Shown here piece after piece: positions 23,601-37,469 of a stretch of 64,000 nt of DNA (position 1 is the stretch's first letter; every line of letters begins with the position of its first letter). Source of the stretch: Eledone cirrhosa. Taxonomy: Eukaryota. The DNA lies in the NCBI GenBank assembly GCA_964016885.1, contig OZ024764.1, forward strand, positions 27,528,001-27,592,000, given 5' to 3'. The notes beneath the pieces were generated by a model. It was given only the letters and a program-made list of their open reading frames with translations, was not told where the DNA came from and did not search any database. The position numbers were made by a program, and so were the translations under genes.

Positions 23601-26600
23601 AGATGAAATGAGAGAGTGAGAGCGAGATGAAACGAGAGAGAGAGAGCGAGATGAAATGAGAGAGCGAGAGCGAGATGAAATGAGAGAGAGAGAGCGAGAT
23701 GAAACGAGACAGAGAGAGCGAGATGAAACGAGAGAGAGAGAGAGCGAAATGAAACGAGACAGATTAGAGCGAGATGAAACGAGAGAGAGAGAGCGAGATG
23801 AAATGAGAGAGAGAGAGCGAGATGAAACGAGAGAGTGAGAGCTAGAGGAAACGAGAGAGAGAGGAAACGAGAGTAGAGAGCGAGATGAAACAGGAGAGAG
23901 AGAGCGAGATGAAACAGGAGAGAGAGAGCGAGATGAAACAGGAGAGAGAGAGCGAGATGAAACAGGAGAGAGAGAGCGAGATGAAACGAGAGGGAGAGAG
24001 AGATGAAACGAGAGAGCGAGAGAGAGATAGAGGGAGATGAAACGACAGAGAGAGAGACAGATGAAACGAGGGAGATAGAGATGAAACGAGAGAGAGAGAT
24101 GAAACGAGAGAGAGGAAGAGAGAGATGGAACGAGAGAGAGGAAGAGAGAGATGGAACGAGAGAGAGGAAGACAGAGATGAAACGAGAGAGAGAGAGAGCG
24201 AGATGAAACGAGAGAGAGGAAGAGAGAGAACGCGAGATGAAACGAGAGAGAGAGAGAGCAAGATGAAACGAGAGAGAGGAAGAGAGAGAGCGCAAGATGA
24301 AACGAGAGAGAGAGAGCGCGAGATGAAAGTCTGTCATGTAATGTTATGGACACATCTGCCCTTGGGGCTAATAATTGTCATGTAATGTTATGGAAATCTC
24401 TGCCCCTGTGGCTAATAATTCTGTCATGTAATGTTATGGGCATCTCTGCCCCTGTGGCTAATAATTCTGTCATGTAATGTTATGGACATCTCTGCCCCTG
24501 TGGCTAATAAATCTGTCATGTAATGTTATGGACATCTCTGCCCCTGTGGCTAATAATTCTGACATGTAATGTTATGGACATCTCTGCCCCTGTGGCTAAT
24601 AAATATGACATGTAATGTTATGGACATCTCTGCCCCTGTGGCTAATAAATCTGTCATGTAATGTTATGGACATCTCTGCCCCTGTGGCTAATAATTCTGA
24701 CATGTAATGTTATGGACATCTCTGCCCCTGTGGCTAATAATTCCGAGATAGATGAAACAAGTGAGGGATTAGATAGAGATGAAACAAGTGAGGGATTAGA
24801 GTGTTGAAACAAGAGAGAGAGAGGAAGAGAGAGTGAAAGCGAAATCAAACGAGAGAGAGCGAGATGAAATGAGAGAGTGAGAGCGAGATGAAACGAGAGA
24901 GAGAGAGAGAGCGAGATGAAATGAGAGAGAGACAGCGAGATGAAATGAGAGAGAGAGAGCGAGATGAAACGAGACAGAGAGAGCGGGATGAAACGAGACA
25001 GAGAGAGCGAGAGCGAGATGAAACGAGACAGAGAGAGCGAGATGAAACGAGAGAGAGAGAGCGAGATGAAACGAGAGAGTGAGAGCGAGATGGAATGAGA
25101 CAGAGAGAGCGAGATGAAACGAGAGTGGGAGAGCTAGATGAAACGAGAGAGAGAGGAAACGAGAGAGACGAAACGAGAGAGAGGAAACGAGAGTAGAGAG
25201 CGAGATGAAACAGGAGAGAGAGAGCGAGATGAAACAGGAGAGAGAGAGCGAGATGAAACGAGAGGGAGAGAGAGATGAAACGAGAGAGCAAGAGAGAGAT
25301 AGAGGGAGATGAAACGACAGAGAGAGATACAGATGAAACGAGGGAGATAGAGATGAAACGAGAGAGAGAGATGAAACGAGAGAGAGGAAGAGAGAGATGG
25401 AACGAGAGAGAGGAAGAGAGAGATGGAACGAGAGAGAGGAAGACAGAGATGAAACGAGAGAGAGAGAGAGCAAGATGAAACGAGAGAGATGTAACGAGAG
25501 AGAGGAAGAGAGAGATGGAACGAGAGAGAGGAAGAGAGAGATGGAACGAGCGAGAGGAAGACAGAGATGAAACGAGACAGAGAGAGATCGAGATGAAACG
25601 AGAGAGAGGAAGAGAGAGAGCGCAAGATGAAACGAGAGAGAGAGAGAGAGCGAGATGAAACGAGAGAGAGGAAGAGAGAGAGCGCGAGATGAAACGAGAG
25701 AGAGGAAGAGAGAGAGCGCGAGATGAAATGAGAGAGAGAGAGCGAGATGAAATGAGAGATTGAGAGTGAGATGAAACGAGAGAGTGAGAGAGAGAGAGCG
25801 AGATGAAATGAGAGAGAGAGAGCGAGATGAAACGAGACAGAGAGAGCGGGATGAAACGAGACAGAGAGATCGAGATGAAATGAGAGAGAGAGAGCGAGAT
25901 GAAATGAGAGAGAGAGAGCGAGATGAAACGAGAGAGTGAGAGCGAGATGGAACGAGTCAGAGAGAGCGAGATGAAACGAGAGAGTGAGAGCTAGATGAAA
26001 CGAGAGAGAGAGGAAACGAGAGAGAGGAGACGAGAGAGAGGAAACGAGAGAGAGGAAACGAGAGTAGAGAGCAAGATGAAACAGGAGAGAGAGAGAGCGA
26101 GATGAAACCGGAGAGAGAGAGCGAGATGAAACGAGTGGGAGGGAGAGATGAAACGAGAGAGCGAGAGAGAGATAGAGGGAGATGAAACGAGAGAGTGATA
26201 GCTAGATGAAACGAGAGAGAGAGGAATAGAGAGATGGAACGAGAGAGAGGAAGACAGATATGAAACGAGAGAGAGAGAGCGAGATGAAACGAGAGAGAGG
26301 AAGAGAGAGAGCGCGAGATGAAACGAGAGAGAGAGCGAGATGAAACGAGAGAGAGAGAGAGCGAGATGAAACGAGAGAGAGGAAGAGAGAGAGCGCGAGA
26401 TGAAAGTCTGTCATGTAATGTTATGGACATATCTGCCCCTGGGGCTAATAATTGTCATGTAATGTTATGGACATATCTGCCCTTGGGGCTAATAATTGTC
26501 ATGTAATGTTATGTACATCTCTGCCCCTGTGGCAAATAATTCTGTCATGTAATGTTATGGACATCTCTGCCCCTGTGGCTAATAAATTCGTCATGTAATG

Positions 26601-28122
26601 TTATGGACATCTCTGCCCCTGTGGCTAATAAATCTGTCATGTAATGTTATGGACATCTCTGCCCCTGTGGCTAATAATTCTGACATGTAATGTTATGGAT
26701 ATCTCTGCCCCTGTGGCTAATAATTCTGAGAGAGATGAAACAAGTGAGGGATAAGAGAGAGATGAAACAAGTGAGGGATTAGAGTGTTGAAACAAGAGAG
26801 AGAGAGGAAGAGAGAGTGAGAGCGAGATCAAACGAGAGAGAGAGAGCGAGATGAAATGAGAGAGTGAGAGCGAGATGAAACGAGAGAGAGAGAGCGAGAT
26901 GAAATGAGAGAGAGAGAGCGAGATGAAATGAGAGAGAGAGAGCGAGATGAAATGAGACAGAGAGAGCGAGATGAAACGAGAGAGAGAGAGAGCGAAATGA
27001 AACGAGACAGATTAGAGCGAGATGAAACGAGAGAGAGAGAGCGAGATGAAATGAGAGAGAGAGAGCGAGATGAAACGAGAGAGTGAGAGCTAGAGGAAAC
27101 GAGAGCTAGAGGAAACGAGAGAGAGAGGAAACGAGAGAGAGGATACGAGAGAGAGGAAACGAGAGTAGAGAGCGAGATGAAACAGGAGAGAGAGAGCGAG
27201 ATGAAACAGGAGAGAGAGAGCGAGATGAAACGAGAGGGAGAGAGAGATGAAACGAGAGAGCGAGAGAGAGATAGAGGGAGATGAAACGACAGAGAGAGAG
27301 ACAGATGAAACGAGGGAGATAGAGATGAAACGAGAGAGAGAGATGAAACGAGAGAGAGGAAGAGAGAGATGGAACGAGAGAGAGGAAGAGAGAGATGGAA
27401 CGAGAGAGAGGAAGACAGAGATGAAACGAGAGAGAGAGAGAGCGAGATGAAACGAGAGAGAGGAAGAGAGAGAACGCGAGATGAAACGAGAGAGAGAGCA
27501 AGATGAAACGAGAGAGAGGAAGAGAGAGAGCGCAAGATGAAACGAGAGAGAGAGAGCGCGAGATGAAAGTCTGTCATGTAATGTTATGGACATATCTGCC
27601 CTTGGGGCTAATAATTGTCATGTAATGTTATGGAAATCTCTGCCCTTGTGGCTAATAATTCTGTCATGTAATGTTATGGACATCTCTGCCCCTGTGGCTA
27701 ATAATTCTGTCATGTAATGTTATGAACATCTCTGCCCCTGTGGCTAATAAATCTGTCATGTAATGTTATGGACATCTCTGCCCCTGTGTCTAATAATTCT
27801 GACATGTAATGTTATGGACATCTCTGCCCCTGTGGCTAATAAATATGACATGTAATGTTATGGACATCTCTGCCCCTGTGGCTAATAAATCTGTCATGTA
27901 ATGTTATGGACATCTCTGCCCCTGTGGCTAATAATTCTGACATGTAATGTTATGGACATCTCTGCCCCTGTGGCTAATAAATCTGTCATGTAATGTTATG
28001 GACATCTCTGCCCCTGTGGCTAATAATTCTGACATGTAATGTTATGGACATCTCTGCCCCTGTGGCTAATAATTCTGACATGTAATGTTATGGACATCTC
28101 TGCCCCTGTGGCTAATAATTCT
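17696..28122 (-). repeat. Composite satellite array, inverted orientation (GA-rich on + strand)
   Basis: Reverse complement of the 1-6275 units. 46-mer blocks at about 18287-18873, 20571-20982, 22404-22910, 24331-24743, 26408-26728, 27571-28122. Internal 1927-bp duplication (ORFs 20892/22819, 21604/23531). Confidence 0.97.
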
Positions 28123-28123
28123 G

Positions 28124-31100
28124 ATTTATTAGCCACAGGGGCAGAGATGTCCATAACATTACATGACAGAATTATTAGCCACAGGGGCATAGATTTCCAT
28201 AACATTACATGTCAGAATTATTAGCCACAGGGGCAGAGATGTCCATAACATTACATGTCAGAATTATTAGCCACAGGGGCAGAGATGTCCATAACATTAC
28301 ATGACAGAATTATTAGCCACAGGGGCAGAGATGACCATAACATTACATGACAATTATTAGCCACAGGGTCAGATATGTCAATAACATTACATGACAGAGT
28401 TTCATCTCGCGCTCTCTCTCTCTCGTTTCATCTCGCTCACCCTCTCTCTCGTTTCATCTCTGTCTTCCTCTCTCTCGTTTCATCTCGCTCTCTCTCTCTC
28501 TCGTTTCATCTCTGTCTTCCTCTCTCTCGTTCCATCTCTCACTTCCTCTCTCTCGTTCCATCTCTCTCTTCCTCTCTCTCGTTTCATCTCTATCTCCCTT
28601 CTTTCATCTGTCTCTCTCTCTGTCGTTTCATCTCGCGCTCTCTCTCTCTCTCGTTTCATCTTGCGCTCTCTCTCTCTCTCGTTTCGTCTTGCTCTCTCTC
28701 TCTCTCTCGTTTCATCTCTGTCTTCCTCTCTCTCGTTCCATCTCTCTCTTCCTCTCTCTCGTTCCATCTCTCTCATCCTCTCTCTCGTTAAATCTCTATC
28801 TCCCTCCTTTCATCTGTCTCTCTCTCTGTCGTTTCATCTCGCGCTCTCTCTCTCTCGTTTCATCTTGCGCTCTCTCTCTCTCGTTTCATCTCGCTCTCTC
28901 TCTCGTTTCATCTCTGTCTTCCTCTCTCTCGTTCCATCTCTCTCTTCCTCTCTCTCGTTCCATCTCTCTCTTCCTCTCTCTCGTTTCATCTCTATCTCCC
29001 TTCTTTCATCTGTCTCGCTCTCTGTAGTTTCATCTCGCGCTCTCTCTCTCTCGTTTCATGTCGCGCTCTCTCTCTCTCGTTTCATCTCGCTCTCTCTCTC
29101 TCGTTTCATCTCTGTCTTCCTCTCTCTCGTGCCATCTCTCTCTTCCTCTCTCTCGTTCCATCTCTCTCTTCCTCTCTCTCGTTTCATCTCTATCTCCCTT
29201 GTTTCATCTCTCTCTCGCTCTCTCGTTTCATCTCTCTCTCCCTCTCGTTTCATCTCGCTCTCTCTCTCCTGTTTCATCTCGCTCTCTCTCTCTCGTTTCA
29301 TCTCTGTCTTCCTCTCTCTCGTTCCATCTCTGTCTTCCTCTCTCTCGTTCCATCTCTCTCTTCCTCTCCCTCGTTTCATCTCTCTCTCGCTCTCTCGTTT
29401 CATCTCTCTCTCCCTCTCATTTCATCTCGCTCTCTCTCTCCTGTTTCATCTCGCTCTCTACTCTCGTTTCCTCTCTCTCTCTCGTTTCATCTCTCTCTCC
29501 CTCCCGTTTCATCTCGCTCTCTCTCTCTCATTTCATCTCGCTCTCTCTCTCTCGTTTCATCTCGCTCTCCCTCTCTCGTTTCATCCCGCTCTCACTCTCT
29601 CATTTCTTCTCGCTCTCTCTCTCTTGTTTCAACACTCTAATCCATCACTTGTTTACTATCTCTCAGAATTATTAGCCACAGGGACAGAGATGACCATAAC
29701 ATTACATGTCAGAATTATTAGCCACAAGGGCAGAGATGTCCATAACATTACATGACAGAATTATTAGCCACAGGGGCAGAGATGACCATAACATTACATG
29801 AAAATTATTAGCCACAGGGGCAGATATGTCAATAACATTACATGACAGAGTTTCATCTCGCGCTCTCTCTCTCTCGTTTCATCTTGCGCTCTCTCTCTCT
29901 CTCGTTTCATCTTGCTCTCTCTCTCGTTTCATCTCTGTCTTCCTCTCTCTCGTTCCATCTCTCTCTTCCTCTCCCTCGTTCCATCTCTCTCATCCTCTCT
30001 CTCGTTTCATCTCTATCTCCCTCCTTTCATCTGTCTCTCTCTCTGTCGTTTCATCTCGCGCTCTCTCTCTCTCGTTTCATCTCGCGCTCTCTCTGTCTCG
30101 TTTCATCTCGCTCTCTCTCGTTTCATCTCTGTCTTCCTCTCTCTCGTTCCATCTCTCTCTTCCTCTCTCTCGTTTCATCTCTATCTCCCTCGTTTCATCT
30201 CTCTCTCGCTCTCTCGTTTCATCTCTCTCTCCCGCTCGTTTCTTCTCGCTCTCTCTCTCCTGTTTCATCTCGCTCTCTACTCTCGTTTCCTCTCTCTCAT
30301 TTCCTCTCTCTCTCGTTTCATCTCTGTCTCGTTTCATCTCGCTCTCTCTCTTTCTCGTTTGATCTCGCTCTCACTCTCTCGTTTCATCTCGCTTCTCTCA
30401 CTCTCTTGTTTCATCTCGCTCTCTCTCTCTTCCTCTCTCTCTCTTGTTTCAACACTCTAATCCCTCACTTGTTTTATCTCTCTCTAATCCCTCACTTGGT
30501 TCATCTCTCTCAGAATTATTAGCCACAGGGGCAGAGATGTCCATAACATTGCATGTCAGAATTATTAGCCACAGGGCAGAGATGTCCATAACATTACGTC
30601 AGAATTATTAGCCACAGGGGCAGAGATGTCCATAACATTACATGTCAGAATTATTAGCCACAGGGGCAGAGATGTCCATAACATTACATGACAGAATTAT
30701 TAGCCACAGGGGCAGAGATGTCCATAACATTACATGTCAGAATTATTAGCCATAGGGGCAGAGATGTCCATAACATTACATGACAATTATTAGCCCCAAG
30801 GGCAGATATGTCGATAACATTACATGAGAGAGTTTCATCTCGCGCTCTCTCTCTTCCTCTCTCTCGTTTCATCTCTGTCTTCCTCTCTCTCGTTCCATCT
30901 CCCTCTTCCTCTCTCTCGTTCCATCTCTCTCTTCCTCTCTCTCGTTTCATCTCTATCTCCCTCCTTTCATCTGTCTCTCTCTCTGTCGTTTCATCTCGCG
31001 CTCTCTCTCTCTCGTTTCATCTTGCGCTCTCTCTCTCTCGTTTCATCTCGCTCTCTCTCTCTCTCGTTTCATCTCTGTCTTCCTCTCTCTCGTTCCATCT

Positions 31101-34100
31101 CTCTCTTCCTCTCTCTCGTTTCATCTCTATCTCCCTCGTTTCATCTCTCTCTCGCTCTCTCGTTTCATCTCTCTCTCCCTCTCGTTTCATCTCGCTCTCT
31201 ACTCTCGTTTCCTCTCTGTCTCGTTCCATCCCGCTCTCTCTCTCTCTCATTACATCTCGCTCTCTCTGTCTCGTTTCATCTCGCTCTCACTCTCTCGTTT
31301 CAACACTCTAATCCCTCACTTGTTTTATCTCTCTCTAATCCCCCACTTGTTTCATCTCTCTCAGAATTATTAGCCACAGGGGGAGAGATGTCCATAACAT
31401 TACATGTAAGAATTATTAGCCACAGGGGCAGAGATGTCCATAACATTACATGACAGAATTATTAGCCACAGGGCCAGTGATGTCCATAACATTACATGAC
31501 AATTATTAGCCCGAAGGGCAGATATGTCCATAACATTACATGACAGAGTTTCATCTCGCGCTCTCTCTCTTGCTCTCTCTCGTTTCATCTCGCTCTCTCT
31601 CTCTCTCGTTTCATCTCGCTCTCTCGTTTCATCTCGCTCTCTCTCGTTTCATCTCTGTCTTCCTCTCTCTCGTTCCATCTCTCTCTTCCTCTCTCTCGTT
31701 CCATCTCTCTCTTCCTCTCTCTCGTTCCATCTCTCTCGTCCTCTCTCTCGTTTCATTTCTATCTCCCTCCTTTCATCTGTCTCTCTCTCTGTCGTTTCAT
31801 CTCGCGCTCTCTCTCTCTCGATTCATCTCGCGCTCTCTCTCTCTCGTTTCATCTCGCTCTCTCTCTCTCTCGTTTCATCTCTGTCTTCCTCTCTCTCGTT
31901 CCATCTCTCTCTTCCTCCCTCTCTTCCTCTCTCTCGTTTCATCACTATCTCCCTCGTTTCATCTCTCTCTCCCTCTCGTTTCATCTCGCTCTCTCTCTCC
32001 TGTTTCATCTCGCTCTCTACTCTCGTTTCCTCTCTGTCTCGTTCCATCCCGCTCTCTCTCTCTCTCATTACATCTCGCTCTCTCTGTCTCGTTTCATCTC
32101 GCTCTCTCTCTCTCTCGTTTCATCTCGCTCTCACTCTCTCGTTTCATCTCGCGTTTCATCTCACTCTCCCTGTCTCATTTCATCTCGCTCTCTCTCTCTC
32201 TCTTCCTCTCTCTCTCTTGTTTCAACACTCTAATCCCTCACTTGTTTTATCTCTCTCTAATCCCTCACTTGTTTCATCTCTCTCAGAATTATTAGCCACA
32301 GGGGCAGAGATGTCCATAACATTACATGTCAGAATTATTAGCCACAGGGCAGAGATGTCCATAACATTACATGTCAGAGTTATTAGCCACAGGGGCAGAG
32401 ATGTCCATAACATTACATGTCAGAATTATTAGCCACAGGGGCGGAGATGACCATAACATTACATGACAATTATTAGCCACAGGGGCAGATATATCAATAA
32501 CATTACATGATAGAGTTTCATCTCGCGCTCTCTCTCTCTCGTTTCATCTTGCTCTCTCTCTCTCTCGTTTCATCTCTGTCTTCCTCTCTCTCGTTCCATC
32601 TCTCTCTTCCTCTCTCTCGTTCCATCTCTCTCATCCTCTCTTTCGTTTCATCTCTATCTCCCTCCTTTCATCTGTCTCTCTCTCTGTCGTTTCATCTCGT
32701 GCTCTCTCTCTCTCGTTTCATCTCGCGCCCTCTCTGTCTCGTTTCATCTCGCTCTCTCTCTCTCTCGTTTCATCTCTGTCTTCCTCTCTCTCGTTCCATC
32801 TCTCTCTTCCTCTCTCTCTTCCTCTCTCTCGTTTCATCTCTATCTCCCTCGTTTCATCTCTCTCTCGCTCTCTCGTTTCATCTCTCTCTCCCTCTCGTTT
32901 CATCTCGCTCTCTACTCTCGTTTCCTCTCTGTCTCGTTCCATCCCGCTCTCTCTCTCTCACATTACATCTCGCTCTCTCTGTCTCGTTTCATCTCGCTCT
33001 CTCTCTCTCTGGTTTCATCTCGATCTCACTCGCTCGTTTCATCTCGCTTCTCTCACTATTGCGTTTCATCTCGCTCTCCCTGTCTCATTTCATCTCGCTC
33101 TCTCTCTCTCTCTTCCTCTCTCTCTCTTGTTTCAACACTCTAATCCCTCACTTGTTTTATCTCTCTCTAATCCCTCCCTTGTTTCATCTCTCTCAGAATT
33201 ATTAGCCACTGGGGCAGAGATGTCCATAACATTACATGTCAGAGTTATTAGCCACAGGGGCAGAGATGTCCATAACATTACATGACAATTATTAGCCCCA
33301 AGGGCAGATATGTGCATAACATTACATGACAGAGTTTCATCTCGCGCTCTCTCTCTCTCGTTTCATCTCGCGCTCTCTCCCTTCCTCTCTCTCGTTTCAT
33401 CTCGATCTCTCTCTCTCTCGTTTCACCTCTGTCTTTCATCTCTCTCTTCCTCTCTCTCGTTCCATCTCTCTCTTCCTCTCTCTCGTTTCATCTCTATCTC
33501 CCTCCTTTCATCTGTCTCTCTCTCTGTCGTTTCATCTCGCGCTCTCTCTCTCTCCTTTCATCTCGTGCTCTCTCTCTCTCGTTTCATCTCGCTCTCTCTC
33601 TCGTTTCATCTCTGTCTTCCTCTCTCTCGTTCCATCTCTCTCTTCCTCTCTCTCTTCCTCTCTCTCGTTTCATCTCTATCTCCCTCGTTTCATCTCTCTC
33701 TCCCTCTCGTTTCATCTCGCTCTCTCTCTCCTGTTTCATCTCGCTCTCTACTCTCGTTTCCTCTCTCTCGTTTCCTCTCTGTCTCGTTCCATCCCGCTCT
33801 CTCTCTCTCTCATTACATCTCGCTCTCTCTGTCTTGTTTCATCTCGCTCTCTGTCTCTCTCGTTTCATCTCGCTCTCACTCTCTCGTTTCATCTCGCGTT
33901 TCATCTCACTCTCCCTGTCTCATTTCATCTCGCTCTCTCTCTCTCTTCCTCTCTCTCTCTTGTTTCAACACTCTAATCCCTCACTTGTTTTATCTCTCTC
34001 TAATCCCTCACTTGTTTCATCTCTCTCAGAATTATTAGCCACAGGGGCAGAGATGTCCATAACATTACATGTCAGAATTATTAGCCACAGGGCAGAGATG

Positions 34101-36181
34101 TCCATAACATTACATGTCAGAATTATTAGCCACAGGGGCAGAGATGTCCATAACATTACATGTCAGAATTATTAGCCACAGGGGCGGAGACGTCCATAAC
34201 ATTACATGACAGAATTATTAGCCACAGGGGCAGAGATGACCATAACATTACATGACAATTATTAGCCACAGGGGCAGATATATCAATAACATTACATGAT
34301 AGAGTTTCATCTCGCGCTCTCTCTCTCTCTCGTTTCATCTTGCGCTCTCTCTCTCTCGTTTCATCTTGCTCTCTCTCTCTCTCGTTTCATCTCTGTCTTC
34401 CTCTCTCTCGTTCCATCTCTCTATTCCTCTCTCTCGTTCCATCTCTCTCATCCTCTCTCTCGTTTTATCTGTATCTCCCTCCTTCAATCTGTCTCTCTCT
34501 CTGTCGTTTCATCTCGTGCTCTCTCTCTCTTGTTTCATCTCGCGCTCTCTCTGTCTCGTTTCATCTCGCTCTCTCTCTCTCTCTCGTTTCATCTCTGTCT
34601 TCCTCTTTCTCGTTCCATCTCTCTCTTCCTCTCTCTCGTTTCATCTCTATCTCCCTCGTTTCATCTCTCTCTCGCTCTCTCGTTTCATCTCTCTCTCCCT
34701 CTCGTTTCATCTCCCTCTCTACTCTCGTTTTCTCTCTGTCTCGTTCCATCCCGCTCTCTCTCTCTCTCATTACATCTCGCTCTCTCTGTCTCGTTTCATC
34801 TCGCTCTCTCTCGCTCTCGTTTCATCTCGCTCTCACTCTCTCGTTTCATCTCGCTTCTCTCACTATTGCGTTTCATCTCGCTCTCCCTGTCTCATTTCAT
34901 CTCGCTCTCTCTCTCTCTCTTCCTCTTGTTTCAACACTCTAATCCCTCACTTGTTTTATCTCTCTCTAATCCCTCACTTGTTTCATCTCTCTCAGAATTA
35001 TTAGCCACAGGGGCAGAGATGTCCATAACATTACATGTCAGAGTTATTAGCCACAGGGGCAGAGATGTCCATAACATTACATGACAATTATTAGCCCCAA
35101 GGGCAGATATGTCCATAACATTACATGACAGAGTTTGATATCGCGCTCTCTCTCTCTCGTTTCATCTCGCGCTCTCTCTCTTCCTCTCTCTCGTTTCATC
35201 TCGCTCTCTCTCTCTCTCGTTTCACCTCTGTCTTCCATCTCTGTCTTCCTCTCTCTCGTTCCATCTCACTCTTCCTCTCTCTCATTTCATCTCTCTCTCT
35301 CTCGTTTCATCTGTCTCTCTCTCTGTCGTTTCATCTCCCTCTATCTCTCTCTCCCTCTCGTTTCATCTCGCTCTCTCTCTCCTGTTTCATCTCGCTCTCT
35401 CTCTCTCATTTCATCTCGCTCTCTCTCTCTCATTTCATCTCGCTCTCTCTCTCTCGTTTCATCTCGCTTTCACTCTCTCGTTTCCTCTCGCTCTCACTCT
35501 CTCGTTTCATCTCGCTCTCCCTGTCTCGTTTCATCTCGCTCACACTCTCTCATTTCATCTCGCTCTCTCTCTCTTCTTTCAACACTCTAATCCCTCACTT
35601 GTTTCATCTCTCTCAGAATTATTAGCCACAGGGGCAGAGATGTCCATAACATTACATGTCAGAATTATTAGCCACAGGGGCAGAGATGTCCATAACATCA
35701 CATGTCAGAATTATTAGCCACAGGGGCAGAGATGTCCATAACATTACATGTCAGAATTATTAGCCACAGGGGCAGAGATGTCCATAACATTACATGACAG
35801 ATTTATTAGCCACAGGGGCAGAGATGTCCATAACATTACATGGCAGATTTATTAGCCACAGGGGCAGAGATGTCCATAACATTACATGTCAGAATTATTA
35901 GCCACAGGGGCAGAGATGTCCATAACATTACATGACAGATTTATTAGCCACAGGGGCAGAGATGTCCATAACATTACATGACAGATTTATTAGCCACAGG
36001 GGCAGAGATGTCTATAACATTACATGACATAATTATTAGCCACAGGGGCAGAGATGTCCATAACATTACATGACAGATTTATTAGCCATAGGGGCAGAGA
36101 TGACCATAACATTACATGACAGAATTATTAGCCACAGGGGCAGAGATGTCCATAACATTACATGACAGAATTATTAGCCAC
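28124..36181 (+). repeat. Composite satellite array, forward orientation
   Basis: Same 46-mer and CT-tract units. Nine 46-mer blocks from 28125 to 36181. Confidence 0.97.
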
Positions 36182-36409
36182 ATGTAATGTTATGGACATC
36201 TCTGCCCCTGTGGCTAATAATTCTGTCATGTTATGTTATGGACATCTCTGCCCCTGTGGCTAATAATTCTGACATGTAATGTTAGGGACATCTCTGCCCC
36301 AGTGGCTCATAATTCTGACATGTAATGTTATGGACATCTCTGCCCCTGTGGCTAATAATTCTGTCATGTAATGTTATGGACATCTCTGCCCCTGTGGCTA
36401 ATAATTCTG
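36181..36409 (-). repeat. Five inverted 46-bp monomers terminating the array
   Basis: Orientation flips at TTATTAGCCA-CATGTAATGTTATGG (36171-36195). Confidence 0.93.
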
Positions 36410-37469
36410 TTCAAATCTGACTGACATGCATGGTATATATTTATGTTTCATTAGACACCGCCACAATACACAGGAACTTATAAAGATATGTATATATTGT
36501 CCAGGAGTTTCGAGTTTAGTGGGAATTGTACAAATCTCAATTGGAGCTAGTCCCTGCAAGATCAGCATAAATAATGTTATACCTTTTCATGAAATCTTGC
36601 ACACCCGATATTTTATACATGATTATTTAAAGGTGAACAAAAACCGAAGAACATTGAGCAGCATTTCTCAACCTTTCTACCCATGTTGATCTCTTGAAAT
36701 AGTTTTTATGTCTCAAGGAAGCCTTGCATAAAATATACTTTTTCTATCTCTAGAGCAGTGGTTCCCAAATCGTGTGCTGTGAGATGAAACTAGATGAGCT
36801 GCAAAAGACTAAGATTAAGTTTTAAGATGTGAAAAATATAAAACTGAAATTTCATATAAAAGTTCAAATATAGCTACAGCCACAAACCTAGGCTCCACAC
36901 CCCGCAACGCAGAGGAGAGTAAGATAGTACTGAGGCCTGACTCACCTCTTCCACTCCATTGAGACCTCTGCCATACTTGGTCCCCCTACTGCTGATTTCC
37001 TCCATAAAGTCGGGAGGAAAGACGGCAGGAGCCTCGTGAGGAGGGGCAACTATTGTAGCAGGTGTCTCTGGCCTTGTTCCGAGGTAACGCTTTTACGTTT
37101 CTTCCACGTGTTGCGGCTGAGGGACCACTTAGACTGGGGTGAAGTGTCTGTCCCTCCCCCGACTTCTTACTTCCTTTTTTTTCTCCTTTTCAATTTCTTT
37201 TCTCTTCTTGCTTATCTCTGCTATACCACGGCATCAAAAAGATATATGATATATGTATGTATGGTATAGGTGTATTTATATTTAGGATAGTTATCAAAGG
37301 TAAATAGACTGGTTGGAGTAATAACAGTCTTGTTTATGTATATACACACATATATACATATATATATATATATATATATGTTTGTTCTTGTATTTCTATA
37401 GAAAAGGTAAAGAAAAGAAGAGTGCTCTATGTATTGTACAGAGCTATTTAATTACATAATAAACAACAG

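Noticed and set aside
245-35625. Many long Ser/Leu-rich and Arg/Glu-rich ORFs (up to 454-468 aa, also 60912-62318)
   Set aside because: Artefacts of CT/GA repeats that lack stop codons. They are open in several overlapping frames and show no domain or splice evidence.
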